From positions 960,001 through 1,024,000 of the forward strand of contig CAWGJT010000005.1 in assembly GCA_963822965.1 (NCBI GenBank): a stretch of DNA of 64,000 nt, given 5' to 3'. The notes beneath the pieces were generated by a model. The model saw only the letters and a list, made by a program, of their open reading frames with translations, was not told the DNA's origin and ran no database searches. Positions within the stretch are counted from its first letter, which is position 1. The number at the start of each line of letters is the position of its first letter. Made by a program: the position numbers and the translations under genes. This document shows, piece by piece, positions 18,932 through 27,939 of the stretch. Source of the stretch: an uncultured delta proteobacterium (GTDB lineage Bacteria > Myxococcota_A > UBA9160 > UBA4427).

Positions 18932-21307
18932 CTGTCCCCCATCTTCCGCATTCGGGTCCTCCTTCCCGCCCTCGCCGGCGTCGGCCTGGTCCTGCTCGCC
19001 GGCTACCGCTGTGCCACCACCGGTCCCCTCGAGCTGCCGTCGGTTCCCGAGATACGCGCCGAGCCCGTCGACTTCGAGGCCGAGGTTCGGCCGGTGCTCG
19101 AGAGCCGCTGCGTGGTGTGCCACGCCTGCTACGACGCGCCCTGCCAGCTGCTGGCGACCTCCCATCGCGGCCTCGATCGCGGCGCCAGCAAGCAGGCCAT
19201 CTACGACGCGACCCGCCTGCGCGAGGCACCGCTCACCTGGCTCTCCTCGCAGGACGTGTCCATCGCGGACTGGCGGAGCCGAGGCTTCGTGTCGGTGCTC
19301 ACCGGCCCGAGCGGAACCGGCGACGACTCGTTGCTGGTGCGCATGCTGGCGCTCGGTCGCGCCCACGTGCTGTCGGCGGGCCAACGGCTGCCCGAGGAGC
19401 TTCCCCTCGACATCAACCGCAAGCTCTCGTGTCCCACGTCCGACGAGTTCGGCGCATACGCGCTGAGCCACCCGATGGGCGGCATGCCCTACGGCACGGC
19501 CGAGCTCAGCGACGAGGACCTCACGACCCTGGTGAGCTGGGTGCGCCAGGGCGCGCCGGGACCGCCGGCGCCGCCGCCCCTGGCACCGGCGGTCGTCCAG
19601 GAGGTCGCGCGTTGGGAGGCGCTGCTGAACGGCGAGACCGTGAAGCAGAAGGTCGCGTCGCGCTACCTGTTCGAGCACTGGGCGTTCGCGCACCTCTACT
19701 TCGAGCACGACTCCCCGGACCGCCCCGGACCGTACTTCCGCATCGTGCGATCGCAGACGCCACCGGGCGAGCCGGTTCGCGAGATCGTCAGCCGACGCGC
19801 CTGGGACGACCCCGGCGTTCCGCGCTTCTGGTACCGCCTCGCGCCGATCCACGGAACGATCGTCCACAAGACCCACATCGTCTATCCGCTGAGCGACCGG
19901 CGCATGGACCGGATCGTGCAGCTCTTCTTCGCGAGCGACTGGGAGCCTACGCGCCTGCCGGCGTACGGCCGCGCGGGAGCGAACCCGTTCACGACCTTCG
20001 ACGAGATTCCCGCCCGTTCGCGCTACGAGTTCATGCTCGACGACGCGCGCTACTTCGTGATGACCTTCATCCGCGGGCCCGTGTGCCGCGGGCAGGTGGC
20101 CGTCGACGTCATCCAGGATCACTTCTTCATCGCCTTCCTCGATCCCGACCGGGACGCGTCGGTGGTGGATCCGCGCTTCCTGCAGCGAACGAAGGAGCTG
20201 CTCGCCCTCCCCGCCGAGGACGACGACCCCACGGTGCTCGCCACCTGGACGCGCATCGCCCGCAGCCAGAAGCGCTATCTCGACGAACGAGAGCGCTACT
20301 TCGACCAGGCGGACCCCGAGCAGAAGGGACCCGCCCTCGACTGGGTGTGGGACGGCGACGGCCACGACCGGAACGCCATGCTCACCGTGATGCGCCACTT
20401 CGACAACGCCAACGTGCGCTACGGCTGGGTGGGCCCGATTCCGAAGACCGCCTGGATCATCGACTACCCGATCTTCGAGCGGATCTACTACGACCTGGTG
20501 GTGAACTTCGACGTCTTCGGAAGCCTGAGCCACCAGGTCTCGACCCGGCTCTACATGGACCATCTCCGCATGCAGGCCGAGCTGACCTACCTGGCGCTGC
20601 TCCCCGCCGACCGCCGCAAGCAGATCCGGGCGTCCTGGTACATCGGCGCCACGCACGAGATCGACTTCTGGGTGTCGCGGCTGCGCACCCTCGACCACGG
20701 CACCCAGGTGCACTTCGACTCCTCGGATCCGCACGAAGAGCTGATCACGAAGATCCTCGACTACAACGCGGCCGTCTCGCTGCCCGTCGACGCCCTGAAC
20801 CGCTGCCTGGAGGACGGCTGCCCGAGGCCAGTGGCGAGCGACCTCGAGCGACGCGCGGACACCCTGCTGCGGCCGCTCACCTGGCGCGAGGGAGGCTTCG
20901 CGGCGCAGCTCCCGGAGGCGTCGCTGCTGCGCGTGCGCAGCGACGGTCCGGATCGCGACGCGGTCTACACCCTGGTCGCCAACCGCGCGCACACGAACGT
21001 GGCGTCGATGTTCGGCGAGGCCGACCGGCGCCTGCCCGATCACGATCGGCTGATGCTCGTCCCCGGGTTCACGGGCAGCTATCCCAACTTCGCCTTCGAC
21101 GTGCCGATCGGCGAGCTGAACGAGTTCACCATCCGCCTCGCCGGCGCCGACACCCCCGAGACGATGATCGCCGTCGCCGACCGCTGGGGTGTCCGCCGCA
21201 GCGCGGACGACTTCTGGCAGACGATCGACTGGTTCAGCGCGGAGTTCCGCCGGCAGGAGCCCGTGGAGACCGGGCTCTTCGACCTACAGCGCTACGGCAA
21301 CCTCTGA
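18932..21307 (+). CDS. cti: Fatty acid cis/trans isomerase (heme c protein)
   Basis: VRPVLESRCVVCHACYDAPCQL, GMPYG, RYLFEH..FAHLYF, FIRGPVCRGQVA, ERIYYDLVVNFDVFG, GSYPNF, GLFDLQRY.NL. Start uncertain (CTG at 18932). Confidence 0.9.
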   Translation: MSPIFRIRVLLPALAGVGLVLLAGYRCATTGPLELPSVPEIRAEPVDFEAEVRPVLESRCVVCHACYDAPCQLLATSHRGLDRGASKQAIYDATRLREAPLTWLSSQDVSIADWRSRGFVSVLTGPSGTGDDSLLVRMLALGRAHVLSAGQRLPEELPLDINRKLSCPTSDEFGAYALSHPMGGMPYGTAELSDEDLTTLVSWVRQGAPGPPAPPPLAPAVVQEVARWEALLNGETVKQKVASRYLFEHWAFAHLYFEHDSPDRPGPYFRIVRSQTPPGEPVREIVSRRAWDDPGVPRFWYRLAPIHGTIVHKTHIVYPLSDRRMDRIVQLFFASDWEPTRLPAYGRAGANPFTTFDEIPARSRYEFMLDDARYFVMTFIRGPVCRGQVAVDVIQDHFFIAFLDPDRDASVVDPRFLQRTKELLALPAEDDDPTVLATWTRIARSQKRYLDERERYFDQADPEQKGPALDWVWDGDGHDRNAMLTVMRHFDNANVRYGWVGPIPKTAWIIDYPIFERIYYDLVVNFDVFGSLSHQVSTRLYMDHLRMQAELTYLALLPADRRKQIRASWYIGATHEIDFWVSRLRTLDHGTQVHFDSSDPHEELITKILDYNAAVSLPVDALNRCLEDGCPRPVASDLERRADTLLRPLTWREGGFAAQLPEASLLRVRSDGPDRDAVYTLVANRAHTNVASMFGEADRRLPDHDRLMLVPGFTGSYPNFAFDVPIGELNEFTIRLAGADTPETMIAVADRWGVRRSADDFWQTIDWFSAEFRRQEPVETGLFDLQRYGNL

Positions 21308-22674
21308 AGCCGGCCCCGCCGCTGGATCTCCCGCCCCAGCAGCCACAGTCGATCCTGGCCCCACAGCGCGAGGTCGGGCTCGCCCGCGGGTCCCTGCAGG
21401 CGAAAGCTGGGGACGCCCCAGAGCCCCATCTCGTACATGGCGAGGCGGTTCGCCTCGAGCTCCGGCTCCCAGGCCGGGTCGTCCAGGTGCGGGCGCGCCG
21501 CCTGCCAGTCGAGCCCCGCCCGCTCGACCACGTGACGCATACCGGTGTCGCTTCCGGTATCGCGGCCCTCGGCGAAGGCCGCGCGGAGGAAGGCGGCGAG
21601 CAGCTCGGCGCCGCGGCCCTGGTCGCGCGCGAACGGCCACAGCGAGTATCCCCGCCGCACCGGCCTCCCGATGGGGTCCAGGAAGCTCCCGAACGGAACC
21701 CCGAGGGTCTCCGCCTCCCGCAGGGTGTCGCGGAAGATGTAGATGCCCTTGCGGAAGGTGACCGGAACGCCCCGCATCACCATCGGCAGCACGGGACGCA
21801 CGTGCAGCGGAACCCCCGTCGCGCGAGCGAGCTCGACCGCCTTCTCGAAGCCGATCGCGGTGTAGGGGCTGCGCAGCGAGGGAAAGACCTCGAGGCTCAG
21901 CTCGCCAGCGCGCGGGACGGGCTGCATCGGGATGGCGGGACGCGGATAGCGCTGGCCGCCCCCGGAACGCGCGACCCCGAGGTCGCGCAGGCGGGCCTCC
22001 AGGTGGTACAGCCGGTCGACCCCCCAGTACCACTCCCCCGCGTAGTAGAAGGTGGCGCTCGAGTAGTGGCCGAGCTTCCGCCGCAGGGCCTGCCCCGCCG
22101 CCAGCACCCCGCGAAGCGCCGCCTCGCTCGCCAGCTCGCCCCCCGCCACCGCCTGCTCGAGGCCCGCGACGTCGCCCGACCACAGGCGCTCGCCCAGGCG
22201 GACCGCCGTGTCGGCGAAGCGCTCCGGCTTCACCGCTGCGAGGACACGCTCGGCGCGCTCGACCGCGGCGGCGCCCGGTGTCACGGGCTTCTCGGGAAAC
22301 GCGAGGCCGTAGTGCGGCGCCACCCACGCCGCGTCCCGGCAGGCGAGGGACGCCAGCAGCTCGGGCTCGGGCAGGTTCGGCCCGCGCTCGCTGCCCACGA
22401 GGTGGGGCACGAGCTCGACCGCGTACGCGTCACCCAGTGCCGCGAGCGTCTGGGCGGCGAGATGCGAGTAGGGATCGTCGACCTGGTGGAAGTAGTGGAC
22501 CCGATGCGGGGCCCGGCGGAGCCGGCGGCCCAGCTCGTGCCCGCGCCGGGAGAGCGTCCGCGCGGCGGGGCTCGCGACGGCGCGGACCACCCGGCTGCTG
22601 ATCCGCCGCAGCAGCGGACTCATGTCGTTGCGACTCGCCCTCGCCGCGGCACGATCCGATCCGGACTCCGTCAT
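21292..22674 (-). CDS. DsbA-family / 2-hydroxychromene-2-carboxylate isomerase-like protein with two tandem domains
   Basis: Domain 1: YFHQVDDPYSHL...WYWGVDRL. Domain 2: FPSLRSPYTAI...GLWGVPSF...LWGQDRL. Start 22674 or 22623. Confidence 0.8.
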   Translation of the reverse strand: MTESGSDRAAARASRNDMSPLLRRISSRVVRAVASPAARTLSRRGHELGRRLRRAPHRVHYFHQVDDPYSHLAAQTLAALGDAYAVELVPHLVGSERGPNLPEPELLASLACRDAAWVAPHYGLAFPEKPVTPGAAAVERAERVLAAVKPERFADTAVRLGERLWSGDVAGLEQAVAGGELASEAALRGVLAAGQALRRKLGHYSSATFYYAGEWYWGVDRLYHLEARLRDLGVARSGGGQRYPRPAIPMQPVPRAGELSLEVFPSLRSPYTAIGFEKAVELARATGVPLHVRPVLPMVMRGVPVTFRKGIYIFRDTLREAETLGVPFGSFLDPIGRPVRRGYSLWPFARDQGRGAELLAAFLRAAFAEGRDTGSDTGMRHVVERAGLDWQAARPHLDDPAWEPELEANRLAMYEMGLWGVPSFRLQGPAGEPDLALWGQDRLWLLGREIQRRGRLQRLP

Positions 22675-24242
22675 CGGCGCGTCCGCTCCCGCAGACGCGC
22701 GGCCCGTTCGGAATCTCCCAGCCGCTCGGACAGCATGGCCGCCCACTCCACGAGCCGCGGGTTGTCCGGCTCCAGCGCCAGCACACGCTCCTGGGCGTCC
22801 TCCGCAGCCTCGGGATCGCCCAGCCGGGCCTGCAGGACTGCGATCTGGCCCCAGGTCCGGGCGGTGGGCAGCAGCTGGGCGCTGCGCTGGTAGTGGGCGA
22901 GCGCGGGCGCGTAGCGCTTCGCGTCCACGAGTCGTTCGGCGACGCGGTCGTGGGCGTTCGCCGGATCCCGCCCCAGCCAGGCGAGCCGCTCGAGGATGGC
23001 GGCGGCCTGGCCCGCGTCCCCCCGCTCGAGCGCCCTCGGCAGCAGCCAGCTCTCCTGGACGAAGACGAAGACCGCCGCCACCGCGCACGCGCCCGCAAGG
23101 CCCCACGTGCCGGCGCGGAGCCGGCCGCGCGACGAAGGCGCGACGGCATCGTCGTTCGCGCCACTCGCGATCAGCACCCGGGCGATGCGCGAGCTGCGGA
23201 GCTTCCAGATGGCACCGTCGAGAACGAAGTGATGGATGTTGACCACCGAGGCCACCAGGAACGCCATGCCGGCTTCGTAGCTCGGCGCACCGAACGGTCG
23301 CGAGGCCATGAGCACCACCGGCAGCGTCCAGACGAGAGCGCCGGCGGCCAGGGTCTTGCCGAACCAGGGCAGCATTCCCCGCCAGTCGCCGCCGGCCCGA
23401 GCGTAGTAGCTCGTCACCCAGAGGTACTGGACCGCGTGGCCCACGGCGATCCAGACCAGGAAGGCGCCGAGGGAATTCGCGGCGAGGGGCGCCACGCCCG
23501 CGAAGAGGTGCCAGTGCAGCGACGCCGCGGGCAGCGCGAACCACAGCGCCTGGGTGAGCATCAGCAGCCCGGTGGGCAGCAGGTCGGCGGGCCGGGCCTG
23601 GCGTCCGATCAACGCGAGCGCCACGAGCGACGCCGCCGCCCAGGCCAGCGCCAGCACCGGAACGAGCACACCGCTGCCGGGGATGCCGATCGGCACGAAG
23701 TGCAGGGTCGGACCGGCCTGCGGCAGCGACCGCGCGCTCGCCCACACGGAGGACTCGTGGATCACGCAGAACGTGAGGGCGAAGGAGAGGACGAACGAGG
23801 CGTAGAGCCAGCGCTTCGGTGCGCCCACCACCGGCACGCCGCGGCGACGCAGGAACATCACCGCGAGGCCGTAGTTCTGTCCCGTGTAGTGCCAGGGGCT
23901 CCAGGTGAGGTAGACGGTCAGCAGCAGCGACCCGACGGCGACGTCGTACGCGCCGATCCCGAAGGCGACCACCAGGGCGATCGTCGTGTACACGCTGAAG
24001 AGCGCGTAGGCCCGGCGGTCGTTCCGGTGCTCGTAGACGCGCACCAGGGTGGCGCCATAGTGGGGCAGGCTCAGGAAGAGCGCGCAGGCGGGGGCGAGCC
24101 ATGCCGGAGCCGTCTCGAGGAACCAGCCGCCGGCCCCCGCGAAGACCGCGAAGAGCACGACGTAGAGGAGCCCGCACCCGAGGAGCAGATCGGGAGCCGG
24201 CCCGAAGAGCCAGCGATTCGACGGAGGGGACGCCGCGGTCAT
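22671..24242 (-). CDS. Multi-pass membrane protein with His motifs and a C-terminal TPR region
   Basis: About 10 hydrophobic segments; motifs LPHYGATL, WHYTGQNYG, GHAVQY and HHFVLDGAIWK; TPR-like tail ALAHYQRSAQLLP...ERVLALEPDN. Confidence 0.75.
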   Translation of the reverse strand: MTAASPPSNRWLFGPAPDLLLGCGLLYVVLFAVFAGAGGWFLETAPAWLAPACALFLSLPHYGATLVRVYEHRNDRRAYALFSVYTTIALVVAFGIGAYDVAVGSLLLTVYLTWSPWHYTGQNYGLAVMFLRRRGVPVVGAPKRWLYASFVLSFALTFCVIHESSVWASARSLPQAGPTLHFVPIGIPGSGVLVPVLALAWAAASLVALALIGRQARPADLLPTGLLMLTQALWFALPAASLHWHLFAGVAPLAANSLGAFLVWIAVGHAVQYLWVTSYYARAGGDWRGMLPWFGKTLAAGALVWTLPVVLMASRPFGAPSYEAGMAFLVASVVNIHHFVLDGAIWKLRSSRIARVLIASGANDDAVAPSSRGRLRAGTWGLAGACAVAAVFVFVQESWLLPRALERGDAGQAAAILERLAWLGRDPANAHDRVAERLVDAKRYAPALAHYQRSAQLLPTARTWGQIAVLQARLGDPEAAEDAQERVLALEPDNPRLVEWAAMLSERLGDSERAARLRERTRR

Positions 24243-24290
24243 CGGAGAGCCATCATCGCACAGGGACGAAGCCCCGGGGAAGCGCGTCCC

Positions 24291-26744
24291 TCAGGCGGCC
24301 TCGGACAGGGCCACTTCCGCCCCCTCGCCCGCTCCCTCCGGCCCGAAGGGACGGAACGTGAGGACCAGGGCGGGCATCAGCAGGAAGTCGGCGACGAGTG
24401 CCGTCACGATGGTGGTGGCCAGCAGGACGCCGAAGGTGGCCTGGCTGTCGAGCAGGGAGAAGACCAGGACGCCGAAGCCCAGCACCAGGGCGACCGACGT
24501 CACCAGCAACGCCCGGCCCACCCCCTGCAGCGACGCGTAGAGCGCATCCTCGTAGCGACCGAGCCGACGGAACTCGTGGCGGTAGCGCGAGACCAGGTGG
24601 ATCGTATCGTCCACGGCGATGCCCATGGCCACCGCCGCAATCGACACTTTGTTGTAGTCCAGCGGGATTCCCGCGAAGCCCATGACACCCAGGGTGAGCA
24701 GCACCGGAGACAGATTCGGCAGCATCGAGATGAGGCCGGTCTTCCAGGACGCGAAGAGCAGGCACATCATGACGGCGATCACCGAGAACGCCACCGCGAA
24801 TCCCTGGACCTGACTCCACACGATGTAGTCCAGCAGCTTCAGCCACAGGGCGCCGATCCCGGTGAGGGTCATGGTCGAGGCCTCGAGGGGATGCTCGGCG
24901 AGCTCGGCCCGCAGGTCGCGCACGAGGTTCGCCGTGGCGCTCGTCATCGCCAGCTGGAGCCGCAGCTCGAGCGGAGCTCGGCGATAGTCCGGCGACACGT
25001 ACTCGTCGCTCTCCCCGCCGCCCGCGCTCTCGTAGAGCAGCAGGTACTGGGCCACCAGCTCGCGCGACTCCGGAAGCCGATACCAGGCGGGATCGTCCTC
25101 GTGAAAGGTCTGGTTCAGGTCCTTCAGGATGTCCACGAGCGAGTACGACTTGCGCACGAGGTCCCCGTTGCCGTCGGCCCAGCGTTGCACCCGGTCGATG
25201 TCCCGAAGCACCGCGGGGTTCTGGATCGACTCGGGCGCACCACCGTCGAAGAGCAGGATGAGGTTCGTGACACCGCCCATCACCTCGTCCACGTGGAGCG
25301 TGATCGCCTTGAGGGGCATGCGGTCGGAGAAGTCGTCGAGCCAGTTCGAGTCCACGACGAGCCGGGTCATCCCCGCGATCGAGAGGGCGAAGACCGCCCC
25401 GAAGGAGAAGAGGATCGCGACCCGGCGACGGATGACCCAGCTCGCCACGGCATGCAGGGCCCCCTGCATCCAGGCGCCTCCCTTCGCGGCGAGCTCCTGG
25501 TCCCGGGTGGCCCGGCGCCGGGAGACCCGCCTCCCGAAGGAGAGGAAGGCCATCAGCAGGGTGAAGGAGAGCACGAACGCCGCCATCACACCGAAGGCGT
25601 TGTAGACCGCCATGTGGGCGATGCTCTTGATGGGAACGAAGCTCATGGCCAAGAAGCCCGCGGCGGTGGTGAGGCTGGTGAGCAGGCAGGGCGTGCCCAC
25701 CAGGGAGAGCGTGTCGACCAGGGCCGCGCGCCGGTCGCCCGTCTCGGCAAAGCGCGAGCGGAACTCCGACAGGATGTGCACCGAGTGGGCGACGCCGATG
25801 GCCGTGAGCAGGGTGGGCGCGCTGCTGAAGCTGAGGTCCAGCTTCCAACCGACGAGCGCCACGAAGGCCACGCACAACACGACGCTCAGCTGCACCACGA
25901 GGATCGGGCCGATGACGCCCACGAACGACCGGAAGGCCAGCAGCAGCAGGATCGCGATGACCCCGGACGTCAGCCCCTGCAGCAGGGCGCTCTCCTGCCC
26001 GATCACCCGGTTGTAGGCGGCGTTCATCGGGACGTCGCCCGAGTGGTAGAAGTGGATGCCCGCGTACTCGGGCCGCGACAGGATCTCCTCGATGGCCGTG
26101 TCCGTGGGCTGCGGATAGAGGTTCTCGAGCCCGTCCCCCGCGTCGGCATCCAGGCGGATCTGGTCGAGCGGGTCCGTGCTCGAGCGATCCATCTCGACGA
26201 TGATGGCGGCGTGGTGGGCGTCGGCGCTGAGCAGACCGCCCACGAAGAGGGGCTTGGCGAGATAGCGGTCGCGCAGGGCCAGCAGCTCGTCCTGGCTCTC
26301 GGGGAGGTCGTCCTCGAGCTTGCGGATCTCGATGCCGCCCGGCACACCCACCATCAGCTCGGCGTTCGCGAGGCTCTCCACCTCGTAGACGAAGGGCACC
26401 TCGTCCTCGAGGGCTTTGGTGAGGTGCACGATCCGGCGCATGACGTCGAGGTTCCACGGACCGTGCTCGAATCCCGGCGCGTCGTAGAGGATGTACGAGA
26501 CCTCGTCGGACCCGAAGTCCTCGCGGTACTGCTCGTAGGCGCGGTAGGCGGGATCGCCCGGGTCGAAGTAGGCCTCGTAGCTGTTGTCGACCCGTGCCCG
26601 GGACGCCAGGAAGAGGCCGGCCCCGAGGACGAGCCCGGCCGCCCCCAACACGGACCAGCGATGGTCGTATGACCAGCCGCCGATCCTCGCGAACGCGTCG
26701 TTCATGCTCTGCACGACAGCGCCGCGCGGTGTGGGCTCTGCCAT
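24291..26744 (-). CDS. MMPL/RND family transporter
   Basis: Two RND repeats; AIGVAHSVH, PCLLTSLTTAAGF, GIAVDDTIH, ADFLLMPAL; GAGGAG RBS before the ATG at 26744. Confidence 0.9.
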   Translation of the reverse strand: MAEPTPRGAVVQSMNDAFARIGGWSYDHRWSVLGAAGLVLGAGLFLASRARVDNSYEAYFDPGDPAYRAYEQYREDFGSDEVSYILYDAPGFEHGPWNLDVMRRIVHLTKALEDEVPFVYEVESLANAELMVGVPGGIEIRKLEDDLPESQDELLALRDRYLAKPLFVGGLLSADAHHAAIIVEMDRSSTDPLDQIRLDADAGDGLENLYPQPTDTAIEEILSRPEYAGIHFYHSGDVPMNAAYNRVIGQESALLQGLTSGVIAILLLLAFRSFVGVIGPILVVQLSVVLCVAFVALVGWKLDLSFSSAPTLLTAIGVAHSVHILSEFRSRFAETGDRRAALVDTLSLVGTPCLLTSLTTAAGFLAMSFVPIKSIAHMAVYNAFGVMAAFVLSFTLLMAFLSFGRRVSRRRATRDQELAAKGGAWMQGALHAVASWVIRRRVAILFSFGAVFALSIAGMTRLVVDSNWLDDFSDRMPLKAITLHVDEVMGGVTNLILLFDGGAPESIQNPAVLRDIDRVQRWADGNGDLVRKSYSLVDILKDLNQTFHEDDPAWYRLPESRELVAQYLLLYESAGGGESDEYVSPDYRRAPLELRLQLAMTSATANLVRDLRAELAEHPLEASTMTLTGIGALWLKLLDYIVWSQVQGFAVAFSVIAVMMCLLFASWKTGLISMLPNLSPVLLTLGVMGFAGIPLDYNKVSIAAVAMGIAVDDTIHLVSRYRHEFRRLGRYEDALYASLQGVGRALLVTSVALVLGFGVLVFSLLDSQATFGVLLATTIVTALVADFLLMPALVLTFRPFGPEGAGEGAEVALSEAA

Positions 26745-26841
26745 CCGGGTGCTCCTCGTGCCCTTCCAGCGGGACGCCGGGCACACCCGGCAGCCGCCGG
26801 GGATGCTACGGTCGGCGCGTCCGACCCGAATGGAGTCTCTC

Positions 26842-27906
26842 ATGCGTAGCGCACGTTGCACCGAAGCCGCGAGCTGCCTGATCTTCGGTCTGTCGCTCGC
26901 TCTGTCGCTCTGCCTGTGGGCGGGTCCGGGGGCGGCCGTCGAGCTGGCCCGACCCGACGCCCACGCGCCCATCGGCGTGATGGGCGACCACATGCACCAC
27001 GAGGGCGAGCTGATGCTCTCGTACCGCTACATGTTCATGCGCATGGACGGCAACCGCGACGGAAACGACCGCGTCCCGCTGTCCGACGTCCTGCTCCCCG
27101 GCGGAACGTACAGGGCGGCTCCCCGCGACATGGACATGCAGATGCACATGCTGGGCGGCATGTACGCCCCCAAGGACTGGGTGACGCTCACGGTGATGTT
27201 CCCGATCGTGGTCCTGACCATGGACCACCAGACCGCCTCGGGGCAGCGCTTCACCACCCGCTCCACCGGCCTGGGCGACATCCGCACCACCGCCCTCGTG
27301 AAGATCTTCGAGAACGAGCACCACGAGGTGCACGCCAACGCGGGCATCAGCTGGCCGTCGGGCTCGTTCAGCCGCAAGGACAACACCCCCGCCTCGATGG
27401 GGGAGAACACCCTGCTGCCCTACCCCATGCAGCTCGGCTCCGGCACCGTCGACCTGCTGCCCGGGGTCACCTACAACGGCCAGGACGACATCTTCTCGTG
27501 GGGCGGGCAGGCCCAGGGGACGGTTCGACTGGGACGCAACTCCCAGAACTACCGACTCGGAAACCAGTACATGCTGACGGGATGGGGAGCCGTGCAGGCC
27601 AACGCGTGGCTGAGCGGCGCCCTGCGTCTGCAGTGGCGCCAGTGGTACAACATCGAGGGCCAGGACTCGCGTCTGGCGGACCCGATGGGCATCCCGGCCG
27701 AGGACTTCATTCCCACCGCCGACCCCAAGCTTCGCGCCGGCAAGCAGCTCGACCTGGGGCCCAGCATGAACTTCCTGATGAAGAAGGGGCCCCTCAAGGG
27801 CACGCGTCTGGGTCTCGAAGTGCTGTTTCCGTTGTACCGCAACCTGGACGGACCCCAGCTCGAGAACGACTGGACGGTGGCCGCCGGGGTGCAGTACACG
27901 TTCTGA
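26842..27906 (+). CDS. Outer-membrane beta-barrel putative transporter with a His/Met-rich N-terminus
   Basis: Signal peptide; RPDAHAPIGVMGDHMH, GLGD, LPYPMQLGSGT.D; terminal YTF. Confidence 0.75.
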   Translation: MRSARCTEAASCLIFGLSLALSLCLWAGPGAAVELARPDAHAPIGVMGDHMHHEGELMLSYRYMFMRMDGNRDGNDRVPLSDVLLPGGTYRAAPRDMDMQMHMLGGMYAPKDWVTLTVMFPIVVLTMDHQTASGQRFTTRSTGLGDIRTTALVKIFENEHHEVHANAGISWPSGSFSRKDNTPASMGENTLLPYPMQLGSGTVDLLPGVTYNGQDDIFSWGGQAQGTVRLGRNSQNYRLGNQYMLTGWGAVQANAWLSGALRLQWRQWYNIEGQDSRLADPMGIPAEDFIPTADPKLRAGKQLDLGPSMNFLMKKGPLKGTRLGLEVLFPLYRNLDGPQLENDWTVAAGVQYTF

Positions 27907-27939
27907 CGAAGCGGGTTCCGGGGTGGTAGCCTGGCGACC

